A stretch of DNA of 64,000 nt from Raillietiella orientalis (taxonomy: Eukaryota), in assembly GCA_036172245.1 (NCBI GenBank), contig JAYWIR010000034.1, positions 2,108,001-2,172,000 on the forward strand. The letters are read 5' to 3'. The notes beneath the pieces are model-generated. The model searched no databases, was not told the DNA's origin, and saw only the letters and a list, made by a program, of their open reading frames with translations. Numbering within the stretch: the first letter of the stretch is position 1; each line of letters opens with the position of its first letter. The translations under genes and the position numbers were made by a program. Shown piece by piece: positions 1-11,744 of the stretch.

Positions 1-2202
1 CGCAACAGATAAGGAAGACCGCTGCAGGGATGTACCCAGTAACCTTGAATCTCAGTCGGCGTACAAAAAAGCGTTCACTGCTGTGGCGACCAGAAGCTAC
101 TGAGAGATGGACCTCTTTGGATTCCTGGACACTCTGCAGGGGTATCAGGAATCCATCAGCACTTCTTTCTGCGTTTGTCACTTGTACGGTACCTGTACAG
201 AGGGGAGCTGCGGCAGGAAGATGGAAGATCAAAGGTCCGAGTCCTATGCTCTTCAGCATCTATTTCTGAATGTTGCCAAACTGACATGGGAAGACTCTCA
301 TCATCTGGTCCATACGCGCTAGCACTGGGGCGGTCTACCGCTATCCATGACCTTCTGGAGGGGGGTCTCTTGAAACCTCTTCCAGTCGATACACTGAGGT
401 CCAACAGACTGAAGTCAGAGGTCATTCCCCGTTGGAGGGAACGTGTTCTGAGCAGCCTGGGTGATGCACCCAGGGATCTCTGTGGGCCGCACGTTCCCAT
501 ACTTACGTGCACCCACGGATGAATTCTGCATTTTTGCAGAAGAGCGCTTTCAAAGGCTGGAAAAGATCTTGGTTCCGTTGAATAGGGGCCGGCTCCTTGG
601 CCTTCCCGAGAACCTTCCACGTGGAACGACTTCGTTTCCACCCTTCCCTGCCTCCTCCTGCTCGTGGGCATATCTCCTTATGGAGTGAAGCACTGGGAAG
701 AGGGTGATCTCATGAGGAAAAGCTTGCGTGGAAAGACCTGGCGGTTCCACAGAAGCATGCGCATGCGCAGATAAGCTTCCAACACTGAGCGTCCATCGCA
801 AGAGTCGAGAAACTCCACGACGGCTGCTGGACGAGAGAGTTGGTGAACGCCCTTACCCCTCGTCTTCGGGCAAAGGGACCTATTCGGTGGAATGATCTGC
901 TTGGTGTGCCTCCCGAAGAAATTGTTGTCCTTCACTTGCGTGTAGAAACCTTCACTTGCGGGATGTTTGTTCTGCTGTCTCTGCACTGGGGATTCCAGTG
1001 CAATCGGCATAAACACATGGTTGCCAGGGAGGTTCATAAACAGTATTTTTCATGGAACTCTGCATTTTTTTTTTTCGATATCTACGAAATCTTTATGTCT
1101 ACAACGGGACTCGGCTTATTGAGATTTCTCATTCCTTCCTTACGAACATTTAAAACGGCACCCTCAAAACGCCACAGGCAAACCTAAGCTACCCTAAACA
1201 GGAGGTACGTCGGTTCTACAAGAATGGCATTGAGGACACGGGTGGGAGCAATCGCTGACTGGAAACAATTTCCGTCATGCGTCGGTGTCCTCACGGACTT
1301 CAGGGAACAGCTGTTACAAAAAGCATCCATCCAATTTTCATGTTTTCTGTGGATGGAAACAACACCAGGGTTTACGCAAAAAAAAACGCAAGGCCAACAG
1401 GTTGCACAAAAACAGCATTTCAAAATCATTTATTTTTTGTCAAACGCGATCCACCTGAAATTCTGACTCCCTGATGCCACTCAGCCATCCACAGTGCCTT
1501 TTCCTTCTAGCAAGGATCTTATTTCACCTACTAACGTTATTGGTAAATTCGTTGAACGGACCCATAATCGCGGGCTTTTTCCCATAGTCACATGATTGCT
1601 AAAAACAAACCCATGCAAGCATGCATGCTGATAACTATCGAGAATTATTAGGGGATTCAGTGTGCTGTACTCTTCCAAAGAGTTCGCAACTGCAGATAAA
1701 GTGGCCAATCAAACAATTCAATTTGCTTGAGATTAATCACCGTCTTAATAATTAGCTTTCTTGTCATGACGTGCAACTATCAGCTTTTATGCAATCAAAG
1801 AGGGCGCTATCCTTATTGGTAATTCATTTCAGTTGCAGTTGTAAACTTCATTAACTTTATCCATTTACGAATGAAAGCATGACTGAATCCCGCCAAATGA
1901 ACATTAATAAAGAAATTATGATATTAAAGAAAATAAATACCCAATTATCTTCAATAACTGCATCACCAAGAAACAGTAGTCCTTAATTGGGTAACACAAA
2001 TCATTATTAACGTACTAAAAAAAAAAAAAACATTTTTTCTTCTTACTGCTCCTTTGCTTGTTCAAGAACGATAAAACAACAAAAAAAAAGGCAAAAAACA
2101 ACTTTCTGTTCCATGCAGAGATCAATTTGTTGGATGAAGGGCTATCTCAACTGAGAAAAACCTAGAATGGGCGAACCATTCTGAGTCAAATACAAAGCCA
2201 CA

Positions 2203-2208
2203 TTTATT
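2203..2208 (-). terminator. AATAAA polyadenylation signal of L2HGDH
   Basis: tttatt on + strand about 100 nt downstream of the L2HGDH stop codon. Confidence 0.55.
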
Positions 2209-2305
2209 GCTCTGTTACAGCACATGATATCACAAGTCAGTGATCACTACGCTTTTTCAAGCTGCACAAATGGCAAATTTGTTTAAAAGTCAGCAAGTAC
2301 TAACA

Positions 2306-4116
2306 CTACAAAGAAAACTGCTTCTCAGCTTTATCAGCAATCATTTTTGCTATGGACAATGATGATGTGGCTGCAGGTGAAGGTGAATTGCGACAATGCA
2401 GAATTCTTTTTCCAATATCCCCAATACCCTCATCAAAAACAAAATCATCTACAAGGCTTCCATCAGCATTCACTGCCTGAGCACGCACTCCTGCAGGACC
2501 CCTGCAAGCCATAAATCAAAAAAACGCTGCAAGCTCCAAACCTGGTAACATCTGCAACAGTGATATCTGGAATATATTTCTTAAGTTCAGCAACCTGACG
2601 GAAAATTAAGGCAGACTTCAAAATTTCCTTAAATCCATAACTCATATAGTTAAACATAAGTTTTCTGATTCCTGGAAATCGAAGAATATCCACAGTTTCT
2701 CGTATATTGATTTTTGACCAACTGCAAAACCAATTATTACCTCAGGGTGCATGTCTTACCTGTAAGCTTCTTTTCCCAAAGCCAAAACAGCATTAGGACC
2801 TAACCAGACACTTCCATCCATTCGTGTTGTAAAATGGACACCAAGAAATGGGAAACGAGGATCTGGAACCTGTGCAAATATTTCATCAATCAAATGCATT
2901 TGTGGGATAATAAACAAAAGTTTTGTTTATTGAAAAAAATCTTAGCAACATTCACATGAAAGACAGGAATACTCACAGGATAAATATTGCCATTCACTAG
3001 GAAAGTTTTATCTTTGTTTAGCAGCAGATATTCCCCTCGGAAAGGAATGATTCGGGGCTCTTTGGAGCAAGAAGACAAAACTGCTAAATGATCAGAATAT
3101 AGTCCTCCACAAGCCAGAACATACTGAGCTCGAATACTCTGAGAATAGCAGTTTTCAAACTTGCAGATTAGCAAGAAAGTACCTGAGATGCACTGGAGAC
3201 ACGAATGGGATAAAATTGGCTGCCCCTCTCAGACTGCTGACTCTCTCTTACTTCTTCAAACCCCAAAACTTTGAAATTACAATAAATCTTGCCGCCACAA
3301 TCAGTGAAATCCTGTGCATACTTCTTGGTGACTAGATTCCAGTCTACAATACCTGTATGTGGTGACCAAATTGCTTTCACACCCTTTAACAAACATTATG
3401 AAATCAGATCACATTAAGAAAAAAAAAAGCCCTACTTTACAATAAGGTTCATATTTCTTGATCTCATTCCCTTCGATTATGATCACATCTTTCACAGCAT
3501 TTTTTTGAGCACGATCATATAGTTTCATAAGATTTGCAACTTCTTCATGATTTACTGCCACAATTAATTTCCCACATTTTTTATATGGAATTTGCTTAGA
3601 ATCAAAATATTGGTAAGAAAGATTCATTCCCTGTACACATAATTTGGCTTTCAAGCTCCCAGGTGCGTAATATATACCAGCATGAACAACTCCACTGTTA
3701 TGACCACTTTGATGGCTTGCTAAGGATAAACTATTTGTTCAAATAAGTACAAACTTCCCTGATATTTAACGGCCTTTCAAACTGTACAAAATAATCGGAA
3801 AAAATTACCAAGTTCATTTTCCTTTTCAACAATAGCAACTTTAAGGAGCGGGTGCCTAATAAGAAGTTCTCTTGCTGATGCAACTCCAACAATTCCACCA
3901 CCTACCACAACCAAATCGAACTCTGGTTCACGGTGGCTAAAATTTATCATTGCCACATTTATCTATCATATGCATACCGATAAATGCAACATGCACTGAC
4001 ACTACAAATTCAGTACCTACAAATACGCACCTGGATTCCGACTTCAAAGTGCTATAACAGGCAGCTGTACTTCTGAATATGTGGATATGCCTCCACAGTT
4101 TGCTAATACCGATCAT
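2306..4116 (-). CDS. L2HGDH: L-2-hydroxyglutarate dehydrogenase, mitochondrial (8 coding exons: 4116-4031, 3936-3809, 3719-3436, 3383-3183, 3138-2977, 2869-2760, 2721-2542, 2501-2306)
   Basis: The GT-AG spliced translation gives a basic presequence-like N-terminus, the FAD-binding motif [12 protein letters not shown], and [58 protein letters not shown] and [17 protein letters not shown], all typical of L2HGDH. Confidence 0.96.
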
Positions 4117-4284
4117 CTTTTTGTTTAGGAATCAACATGAATTCGCGAAATTTTCACTGTCACACATCACCAGTTCTCCGACCACCGCACTTGAAACATC
4201 ACAAAAGCAACTAACTCAAGTTACATTCGAAAACATTGGTTGTGTGTGTGCAAAAGGGCGGGTGTCAACCAAGGCCCAACGTCA

Positions 4285-4542
4285 TTACAGTTTGGCCGAG
4301 GTCACGCCAAATTCCTCTATAATCTTCAAAGTGAGGAGGAGGTGCTCGAGGAACGTGCTGACGCTCACTCTTAGGGATTTCACTTCCGTGCAGGCAAAAT
4401 GGACTGCCAGCACTTCACTTTTCAGCTCTAAGGTTTTCAGGACTTTTGCTCTCGACGGCTCCTTGTCCACACGCAAAGAATGGAACACAATTTCTGCTAC
4501 ATGGGCGTCCATCAGATCAACCTCCAGATCACAAGAGCTCAT
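4285..4542 (-). CDS. LAGE3: EKC/KEOPS complex subunit Pcc1/LAGE3 (85 aa, intronless)
   Basis: Size and motifs match the Pcc1 family: AEIVFHSLRVDKEP, LAVHFACTEVKSLRVSVSTFLEHLLLTLKIIEEFG. The ATG sits in an AAAAAATG context. Confidence 0.9.
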   Translation of the reverse strand: MSSCDLEVDLMDAHVAEIVFHSLRVDKEPSRAKVLKTLELKSEVLAVHFACTEVKSLRVSVSTFLEHLLLTLKIIEEFGVTSAKL

Positions 4543-4545
4543 TTT

Positions 4546-7500
4546 TTACGTCCTCGCTGCCGGACCGCCATTTGCAAGTGCTGCGTTTCGACTCGCGAAC
4601 GACCCGAGCTGCACGCGGGTCGCCAGCCCGGGGGGTGGGAGGGCTGCAAACTCGACGTGGAAACACCCGGAACGTGTACACACACACACGTTGCCCGAGG
4701 TGTTTCCGTTTGAAAGGCAAGGAAACTGCGATGGACGAACCGCGAGATCTCTGTACAGTGAAACGTGGTCTGGTGACTGGGGAAAGTGGGACCAACGAGA
4801 AGATGCAGCTTCCAGACGTTCTGCAGCCGTGAGCACAAACTCGAAGATGAGATTCCCCGCTCTCGAACCCGTGCCATCATCATCCACCAAGTCCAGAGTT
4901 TCTAATCTCCAGAACAACAAGCACACCCTCGTTGCATCATCATCATACTACGCAAGAAACACACACACGTCGCAGATTACGAACTCGTAGCAACAGAAAA
5001 AAAATGGTTTAGCATTTCTCGACTCGAGCAGCTTTTGCTAAGATTGTATTTGTGCACGATTCTTGAAGTGTAAGGCATTTCGTTGCTGGTGTCCAAAGCA
5101 GTGTTGCTGATGGTTTGAATTCGGGGGAGGCTGCAAGGATGAGCAGAGCTTCGAAACGACCCTGTTCCGCAAAGGGAAAGCTGGGGACTGCAAAGACATT
5201 GTGCTGGGAGCAGTCATGGGGTGCATGCAGAACCAACAACTGGGGTGAGGTCTGCCAGATCTTGTGCTCCATTTCGAGGCGACTATCAAAGATGAATCCG
5301 AGTACAAAAGGAAATTGCAACTAGCACAGCATCAGGAGCAGTGGGTGATTTGGCAACGTTGATCCGCAACCTCTAATTAATTCTATTAATCAGTTATTAA
5401 ACCGTAAATAAACTGGGTTAGCCAAACGCGTTATTGCTAGATGCCACCAAAACTTTTGTGGTTATGGCAATCAGGTCAGCAGTTTTTTGTTGTGTTTGGC
5501 AGGATTATTTTTCCATAGAATGATCGCTCGCGTTGTTTAGCGACTTTTGAGTAGTTTTGAGTGTTACCGTATATTTTGGCATCCTATCTCTAACTCTCAG
5601 AGGGAGTTTTGACAACTTAAAACAAGCATAGACTGAATTCATTCTGTTGCTGTATACCACTCCAGCACTCACTGCTGTCATTCCAGCACATATTCTTGTC
5701 ATCCCAGTACTCGACACTGGAATCCGGAGAATCGATCTGTGGTATAACTGAAACAGAAACGATCATGTTGATGCAGTCATATAACAGAGTAGAATCTTTG
5801 TCGAATCCCTTTATTTCCGAAATAAATCCATGCATTTGCTTTAATGATTTGCTGTTATTGCAGATTCATCACCTTGTGAAGACGAAACGCCAAATCATGT
5901 TAGCGGAAAACTATGAATTTTTCGAGAATTAGCTCGTTGTTATAATCTAAAAGATTTTATCTCGATGTCTAAATCACAGTTCTCTTTTTGTTGTTATTCT
6001 AATATTATTCTTACTTCTCTCAGGGTGGAAAATTTTCACTCCTTGCTGTTCCATACTTCCGATTTTCCATTTGCGACGTCAAGCCTTCGATTAACGCTCA
6101 CTGAGATTACTGAGATCAAGAAAATTAAGTCCTTTCAGATTCTCAGTAGCACTGTTGGCGATCTCCTATGTAGAAAAGGCTGCAATTAGATCGTGACTCT
6201 GGTGTACACCATAGCACTACTCAGGGATGGAACGCAGCACGAGGAGTCAAGACCCTAACTGCACACCACAGGCGCAACACCGGAATTCACTCTGAAAAAC
6301 TGCCTCCTCATTGATCTATTTGGCGTTCTAGAAACTTTCTTGCTGTCATTTCAAAACTATTATCAAACATGTGTTCGACGACTCCAGAGGAAACGTAAAA
6401 ATATAGTGGCAAGTCAAGAATGAGGCTGCACAGCAACACAATTATCAATTATTCGAGGACAAGTGAGGCAAAAATGGGATGATGCCGTGCACTTTTTGGC
6501 ATAAGATTGTAGCATGTATGAATTTCCAGTTGGTAATTAACAATATTAATAATTTCCCAAGTAACACTGGAACCTAATAGTCGGGAAATATTCAAGTGGT
6601 TTACAACTCCTGCCACTATAGCTAGAGATTCAAATTTGATAAATGAAAGATCAGTGATACTGAGACTTGCATTCCAGAAAATAGCACAAAATGAAATGTT
6701 TTTTCGGGACATCCCTGATCAATGAATGAAGAAATGCTATATGAGAATAGACGCAAATACGTTTCCGCGATGCCAACACACATTCATATTAATGCTTCAC
6801 TACAGAAAGTACAGTATGTTAGTTTCCATTCGAGTTTTCTGACTTAAATCTTAAGTCTCCAGAGCTTGTATTTCTAGCTAAGAAACTAACTTGTGCTAAA
6901 CACCTTACCAACATCATGCAAGCAGGAGATTTCTTTTCCACATTATTCTTTTGGTCTTTGTCTCCATTGAATAGCATGCAGTCTTTGCTGGGTTTCAGCC
7001 ATTAGCAATAAAATTTTTTATACTTTCTACTCTGATGTCTCCTTCAGCGTCACTTGCTACATTTCTTCTTGAACCTATTCCATGCATCATTCCATATACA
7101 GCAAACCTATTCCATGTATCTAAATCCCAAATGAGAAATCATCCAATGTTATATATTTCGTGTTCATCCATCCCATTTGTTTTACTTCTTTAATTTTTGC
7201 ATAAAGATGCTTTCAATGCTGTCAATGAATCTATTTTTCTCCAGTGCTCAGTATTCCTTAGAATCATGACAATGTGTGCTTATAATAAAACGATCTTTTC
7301 ATCAAAGTATTAAGGCACCTACTTTTCTGTAACACATACTATAAAAGCAAAAAATCTTGATAGCCTTGTCTTGAAGAAAAGCTGAAAAATGGAAAAGAGG
7401 AGAGCATTTTCTTCTCTTTGGAGACTCATCAGTAAAAGCTATTAAATCAGTTATCATGTCTTCCTTATCACTTTGATCCCCTCCTTGTCTTATGAAACTT

Positions 7501-9650
7501 TGATTTTGTTCATTGCCAAATAATTGCATCCATTTCGTGTTCAAATAAACTGGCTTCGAAATCAACTCATGCAATAACATGATAGATTGCTGAAAAACTG
7601 AAACAATGCTGAAACAAGTAGGAAACTGCTTTCTCAGACTATGGAATCCAGGATGGAAGGCAAATGCCACTAGATTCTTCTAAATGAAAGAAAGTAAATG
7701 TTGAAAACTCTATGTTTGTAAGCAATAATACTAATGAAAGCTTTCTCTTGTACTCCTTAGCAATTAAGATCAGAGATATTCATATCCGTGTCCCTTTGTT
7801 GGATTCAATGAAAACAGAAACTTATTATTTTTGATTCAGAAGAAAATTCAAGCATTACTGGACCTTAATCTCATAAAATATGAGCAGAGATCTTGATACA
7901 ATTTCTCTGGCTTCGACGCATTCCAACATTTTATTATCCCTTAGAAGTCCAATATATGAAAAGCGTTTCAAGATTCACCCTCAAAGTACAGAGCATGATA
8001 ATATGCTTGATCCGTTTCGCCTTATTTATCCTTTGCACTGAATTTTGTTACGTCAAATGCTTTTTGTAGACTACATGACATGTATGTTCCCCAAATAGGA
8101 TGAACCATTCAAAGAACGAGCTGTGAGTCAGAGTTTTCTCATTTGTTAAATCCAGTCATTTTTTACGGAAATCATGCTGCCAAGCTTTACACTCATGACC
8201 CGCCCACCGGCATATCCTTTCACCATGAATAGCATTTTGTTCCTTCTGCCGTCCAGAGCTGGACCATCATCAATGGTGATTTATATTAATCGCTTCAAAT
8301 AAATTGTAGCTTTCAACAAAGCTACCAAGTTCTTAGCAGACTCATCATAAAAATCTGTAAACTGCCTAATAAAAAATCACTCATTCTAGAGGTCTGCATG
8401 TCAGATGAGAATGGCATCCAAAATTTTTCGAAACAATTACTCTTCCAAATGAGTTGGGACATATTTTTCTTTCTTACCAGCAAATCACAATCAGTAGCCG
8501 ACTGAGAGGACTTTGCAATAAACTGACCGTTTAGAAAGTCTTCCTATGCTAGTTCTTTTTCATCAACGTTACGAGAACGAACGATCGTTGCTGAGCAAGG
8601 CCACATTTGAAGACACATCTTGTGTTTGTTGAATTCTTTCGCATAGACACGAAAGAGTCTTTGACTTTTCTTCGGGCATGAATGTCCATCAATCGACGGT
8701 CTTGGGAATATCAGGTTCCATTTACTGTATCCTATTTTTTTAAACATCCTCTATAAAAATTGCAAGCGGAAGATGTGCCCCAAATCACTAGAACAGCGAT
8801 AAGCAGTAACCAGATCAACTGACGAAATCACAGTGTCGGAAGACTATTCAGGAAGCTGACTCGAATACACTCTGCTAAGTGGCATGCTCTTTTTCGCCCT
8901 GGAACTGAAGTCGTTGCAACTTGATGTGGCAGCTCAGCTTAATAAAAGTCTGTTTTTGCGAGTAAGTTGCGAGCTGGTAACATCACGCTCATGCAGGGCA
9001 ACAACTCCCCCCTCCCCAAAAAAACAAAAACAAAAAACAAAAATCGTTCTTGGCACATTTACGACATCTCTGTACTTCTCAGAGGTATTATTGAAGTTCT
9101 GGTATTCTCAAGGAAAACCTCAAGATGCGGTTTTGGAAGTTTTGTGTACCCTTGTGTAACAAGGGAGCAGCGCACTTGCTTATTCTCCTACTTCAGAACT
9201 CCCCGTTTCCTCTTTTTCTTTCACTTTCTTGAGGTAATGCAAATCTAATGCTCGAGAATCCTGCTTCTCAGGGGCAGTTAGAAGTTTCCTGAACAAATAT
9301 CTTCAAATCGTGGTCCACTTTGACAGAGATCATTATGATTATGAAACCAGCTTAGAATATGTCACAAGATGATTCCCTTATGAGGGTATTCATTTGGTTC
9401 GTGATGGTTGTTCAATGAAAATCTTTTCCTTGTTTTCAGCATTTCCCAGCCAACACAAAATATTGTATAATATTTAATTCTGGATCTGTAAAGTAGGAGT
9501 AAGTATTTCAAGATGATATCCATGACCCATAGATGCTTTGAACGACGCTTCCACACAGCTTTCGTTTGCTGGTGTTGATGGTTTTGAAAGGTCATGTACT
9601 TCACTTCGCGCCACGGTCGTGCTTATGTTTACTGTCTCTCGGGGAAAATT
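4546..9650 (-). other. Putative uncharacterised multi-exon gene(s) or pseudogene; no model could be closed
   Basis: Several protein-like minus-strand fragments (e.g. 7302-7670, 5617-5835, GIIKCWNASKPEKLYQDLCSYFMRL near 7.9 kb) are flanked by minus-strand GTAAG/GTGAG/GTATG donors and ~40-nt intron-like spacers. No family motif was recognised. Confidence 0.3.
4550..4730. promoter_or_regulatory. GC/CpG-rich island upstream of PCC1 (candidate promoter/5' region) with G-runs and a (CA)n tract
   Basis: Abrupt rise in GC and CpG immediately 5' of PCC1, with G-tracts around 4617-4643. Confidence 0.35.
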
Positions 9651-9791
9651 CCATCACTCTTAGTGCAAAAAGTTTGGTCTTTAAAAATCAGCAATTAAAT
9701 GTGTTTTTTTGGACTCCGCAAGACCCAACAACCGTAGTTACCATACATGTATCATCGCCATTTCATATAGTGGAAAGCACTTTATTTTACC

Positions 9792-9873
9792 CATCAGTAG
9801 AGATTATAACCCTTTAATAATGTTAAGCAACACTCATCAGTAGAGATAATAGCCTTTGAATAATGTTAAGCAA
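9792..9873. repeat. Imperfect tandem duplication (two ~39-nt units, period 43)
   Basis: catcagtagagattataaccctttaataatgttaagcaa and catcagtagagataatagcctttgaataatgttaagcaa. Confidence 0.9.
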
Positions 9874-11744
9874 ATATCGAGTGGGGCATAAGTGATGCCT
9901 TCAATCTTTTGAATAGAGTTTAGGTGAGAAATGACTTAAATGCAAATGACTTTTCATTCCTTAAACATTTTTTAAATTTCAATTTGCTAATTTATCGCAG
10001 GTTTCTTCGCAATCAGCAAATTTGTTCACGTCTAGTACAGTGCAGGCTTTGGGAGCAGTTCCAGTTTCTTTTTCTTGAAATTCATAGCTGATCAAATTGA
10101 GGGCTCCTGTATTGCAAAAATTTTAATCGACGCGATTCCAGTTTGGGAAAGGTTTTCCAAATTTATGTTTACCAAACCAATATATTACCAGGCTTTCAAT
10201 GCATTAAAACCCAGGATATGTAAAATTACTGCTGCACTGGTTCTGTAGCTTGAAAGCCAGAAAACCAGTTCCAGTGACAAATAAAATGAATTACTTTCAC
10301 AGCCTAAGCATGTTTCCAGTAAAATAAAAATTTTTTGAAACCCTATTCCGCACCTTTACAAACACTTGAGAATGTGATCCTCAAACATATATTCAGGTCA
10401 TTCTCAGGAAGAATTTGAGACATAAAGAAGATTTAACATATTTTAAGGAATAAGAAATATGTTTGTTAAATTCTGGAAATCAAAGTCGCAGTTGTCAGTT
10501 GGTCTGCTTAGTGTAATTTTCGAAACATATCCATGATGAGAAGTGTTTGAATTCATCTGGTATATGCATGGTATATGTAGCTATTTTCTGATACATTTCT
10601 TTGGAACTTTCTGTAAGTACTGATGGACGTAGTTATCAAAGTGAAAATTTCCAAGAAAATTACTTTTACATAAGTAGTGGTTTTGGAAGTTTTGAGGTTT
10701 TGGAAACAAAATTTTGATTTTAAGTGTCAGTGTTTTTGGTTGTAAACATGACTTTTCAAGTCTTTGTGGTGACTCTTTCGTTTTGTGCCATGATTTGCAG
10801 AATTTTGATTTAAGAAATTTCGAAAGAAAATCATCACTGTAATGATATGTGGTGCAGCAGTTTTGGTATCATATGTAAATCAATCAATGTTAATGTAAAT
10901 GTAATTAAGTCTTTTAGCAATAGGGCAACCAAAATTGAATAAAGAATTTCTATTTCAAGGGAAGAATTACCAGATTCAATTCAGTATCATTTAAAAATTG
11001 GTTTTGTAAATAAATGGATCATCACAAAGAGTACATAAGTGTATGCAAAAATTTTATGCTCATTGTTAGTCAAGGGAAGTTAATTTTGGATAAAATGAGG
11101 TGAATTAAGATGAATGAGCATACCGTAAACAAAAGCTCTTAAATAATCTGCAGTTTTTCTAAATGATATGGAGCAGAATCTTGTCAAAAAAATTTGCTAA
11201 TCTTTAAAGCCTCACAATATATATAAGTATTCCAAATTTTAAATGGAAATGAATAGACTTTAGCAGACAGAATCATAGTATCAGTTTTGAACCGAGAAAC
11301 TTTTAACATGGGATATAAAAGGCTATTATAATTCAGAAAAATTCATTCCGAATGAAGGTCTTAAGTAAGGGAACATTTAATAATACCAGAGAGTATATGA
11401 ATCTCATTTGAACATCTGGATTGGACTGACATTACAATTAAATAAATAAAGATACTAAAAATGCAAAAAGCTGTTAAGCACATGCTATTTTAATTTATTT
11501 TTATTATCATTTACTTTCACCACTTATGACAAGTTTTAGTTTTCAATTCAACAATTGTTTTTTAGAAACGAATTTGTGTTGAAATTTCTGATCTGTAGAG
11601 TGAAATAAAGCCTTTCTTTTTTTTCCAGGATTAAATATTGAATTGTAAGTAGTCATAATTTTTGTTTTTAGGGGTATAGTGTGACGTTTTCACTATTTTG
11701 GAAATTGGATATAATGTTTGTCAAGCTGCATCATTAAACCAGAT

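Noticed and set aside
1..1100. TGA-recoded (Sec/Trp) long reading frames in GC-rich regions (also ~5.1-5.3 kb)
   Set aside because: TA depletion makes TGA the dominant chance stop, CC2D2A uses TGA as a true stop, and no SECIS or homology was seen.
2164..2182. Perfect 7-bp hairpin AGAATGG-gcgaa-CCATTCT just past the L2HGDH poly(A) signal (Helitron end?)
   Set aside because: Isolated and short, with spacing to CTAG atypical and no other element features.
7400..7435. Hammerhead-like core on the minus strand (CTGATGAGTCTCCAAAGAGAAGAAA)
   Set aside because: The stem II closing pair is a G-A mismatch, and no stems I/III or NUH site can be formed. It also lies in a probable coding frame.
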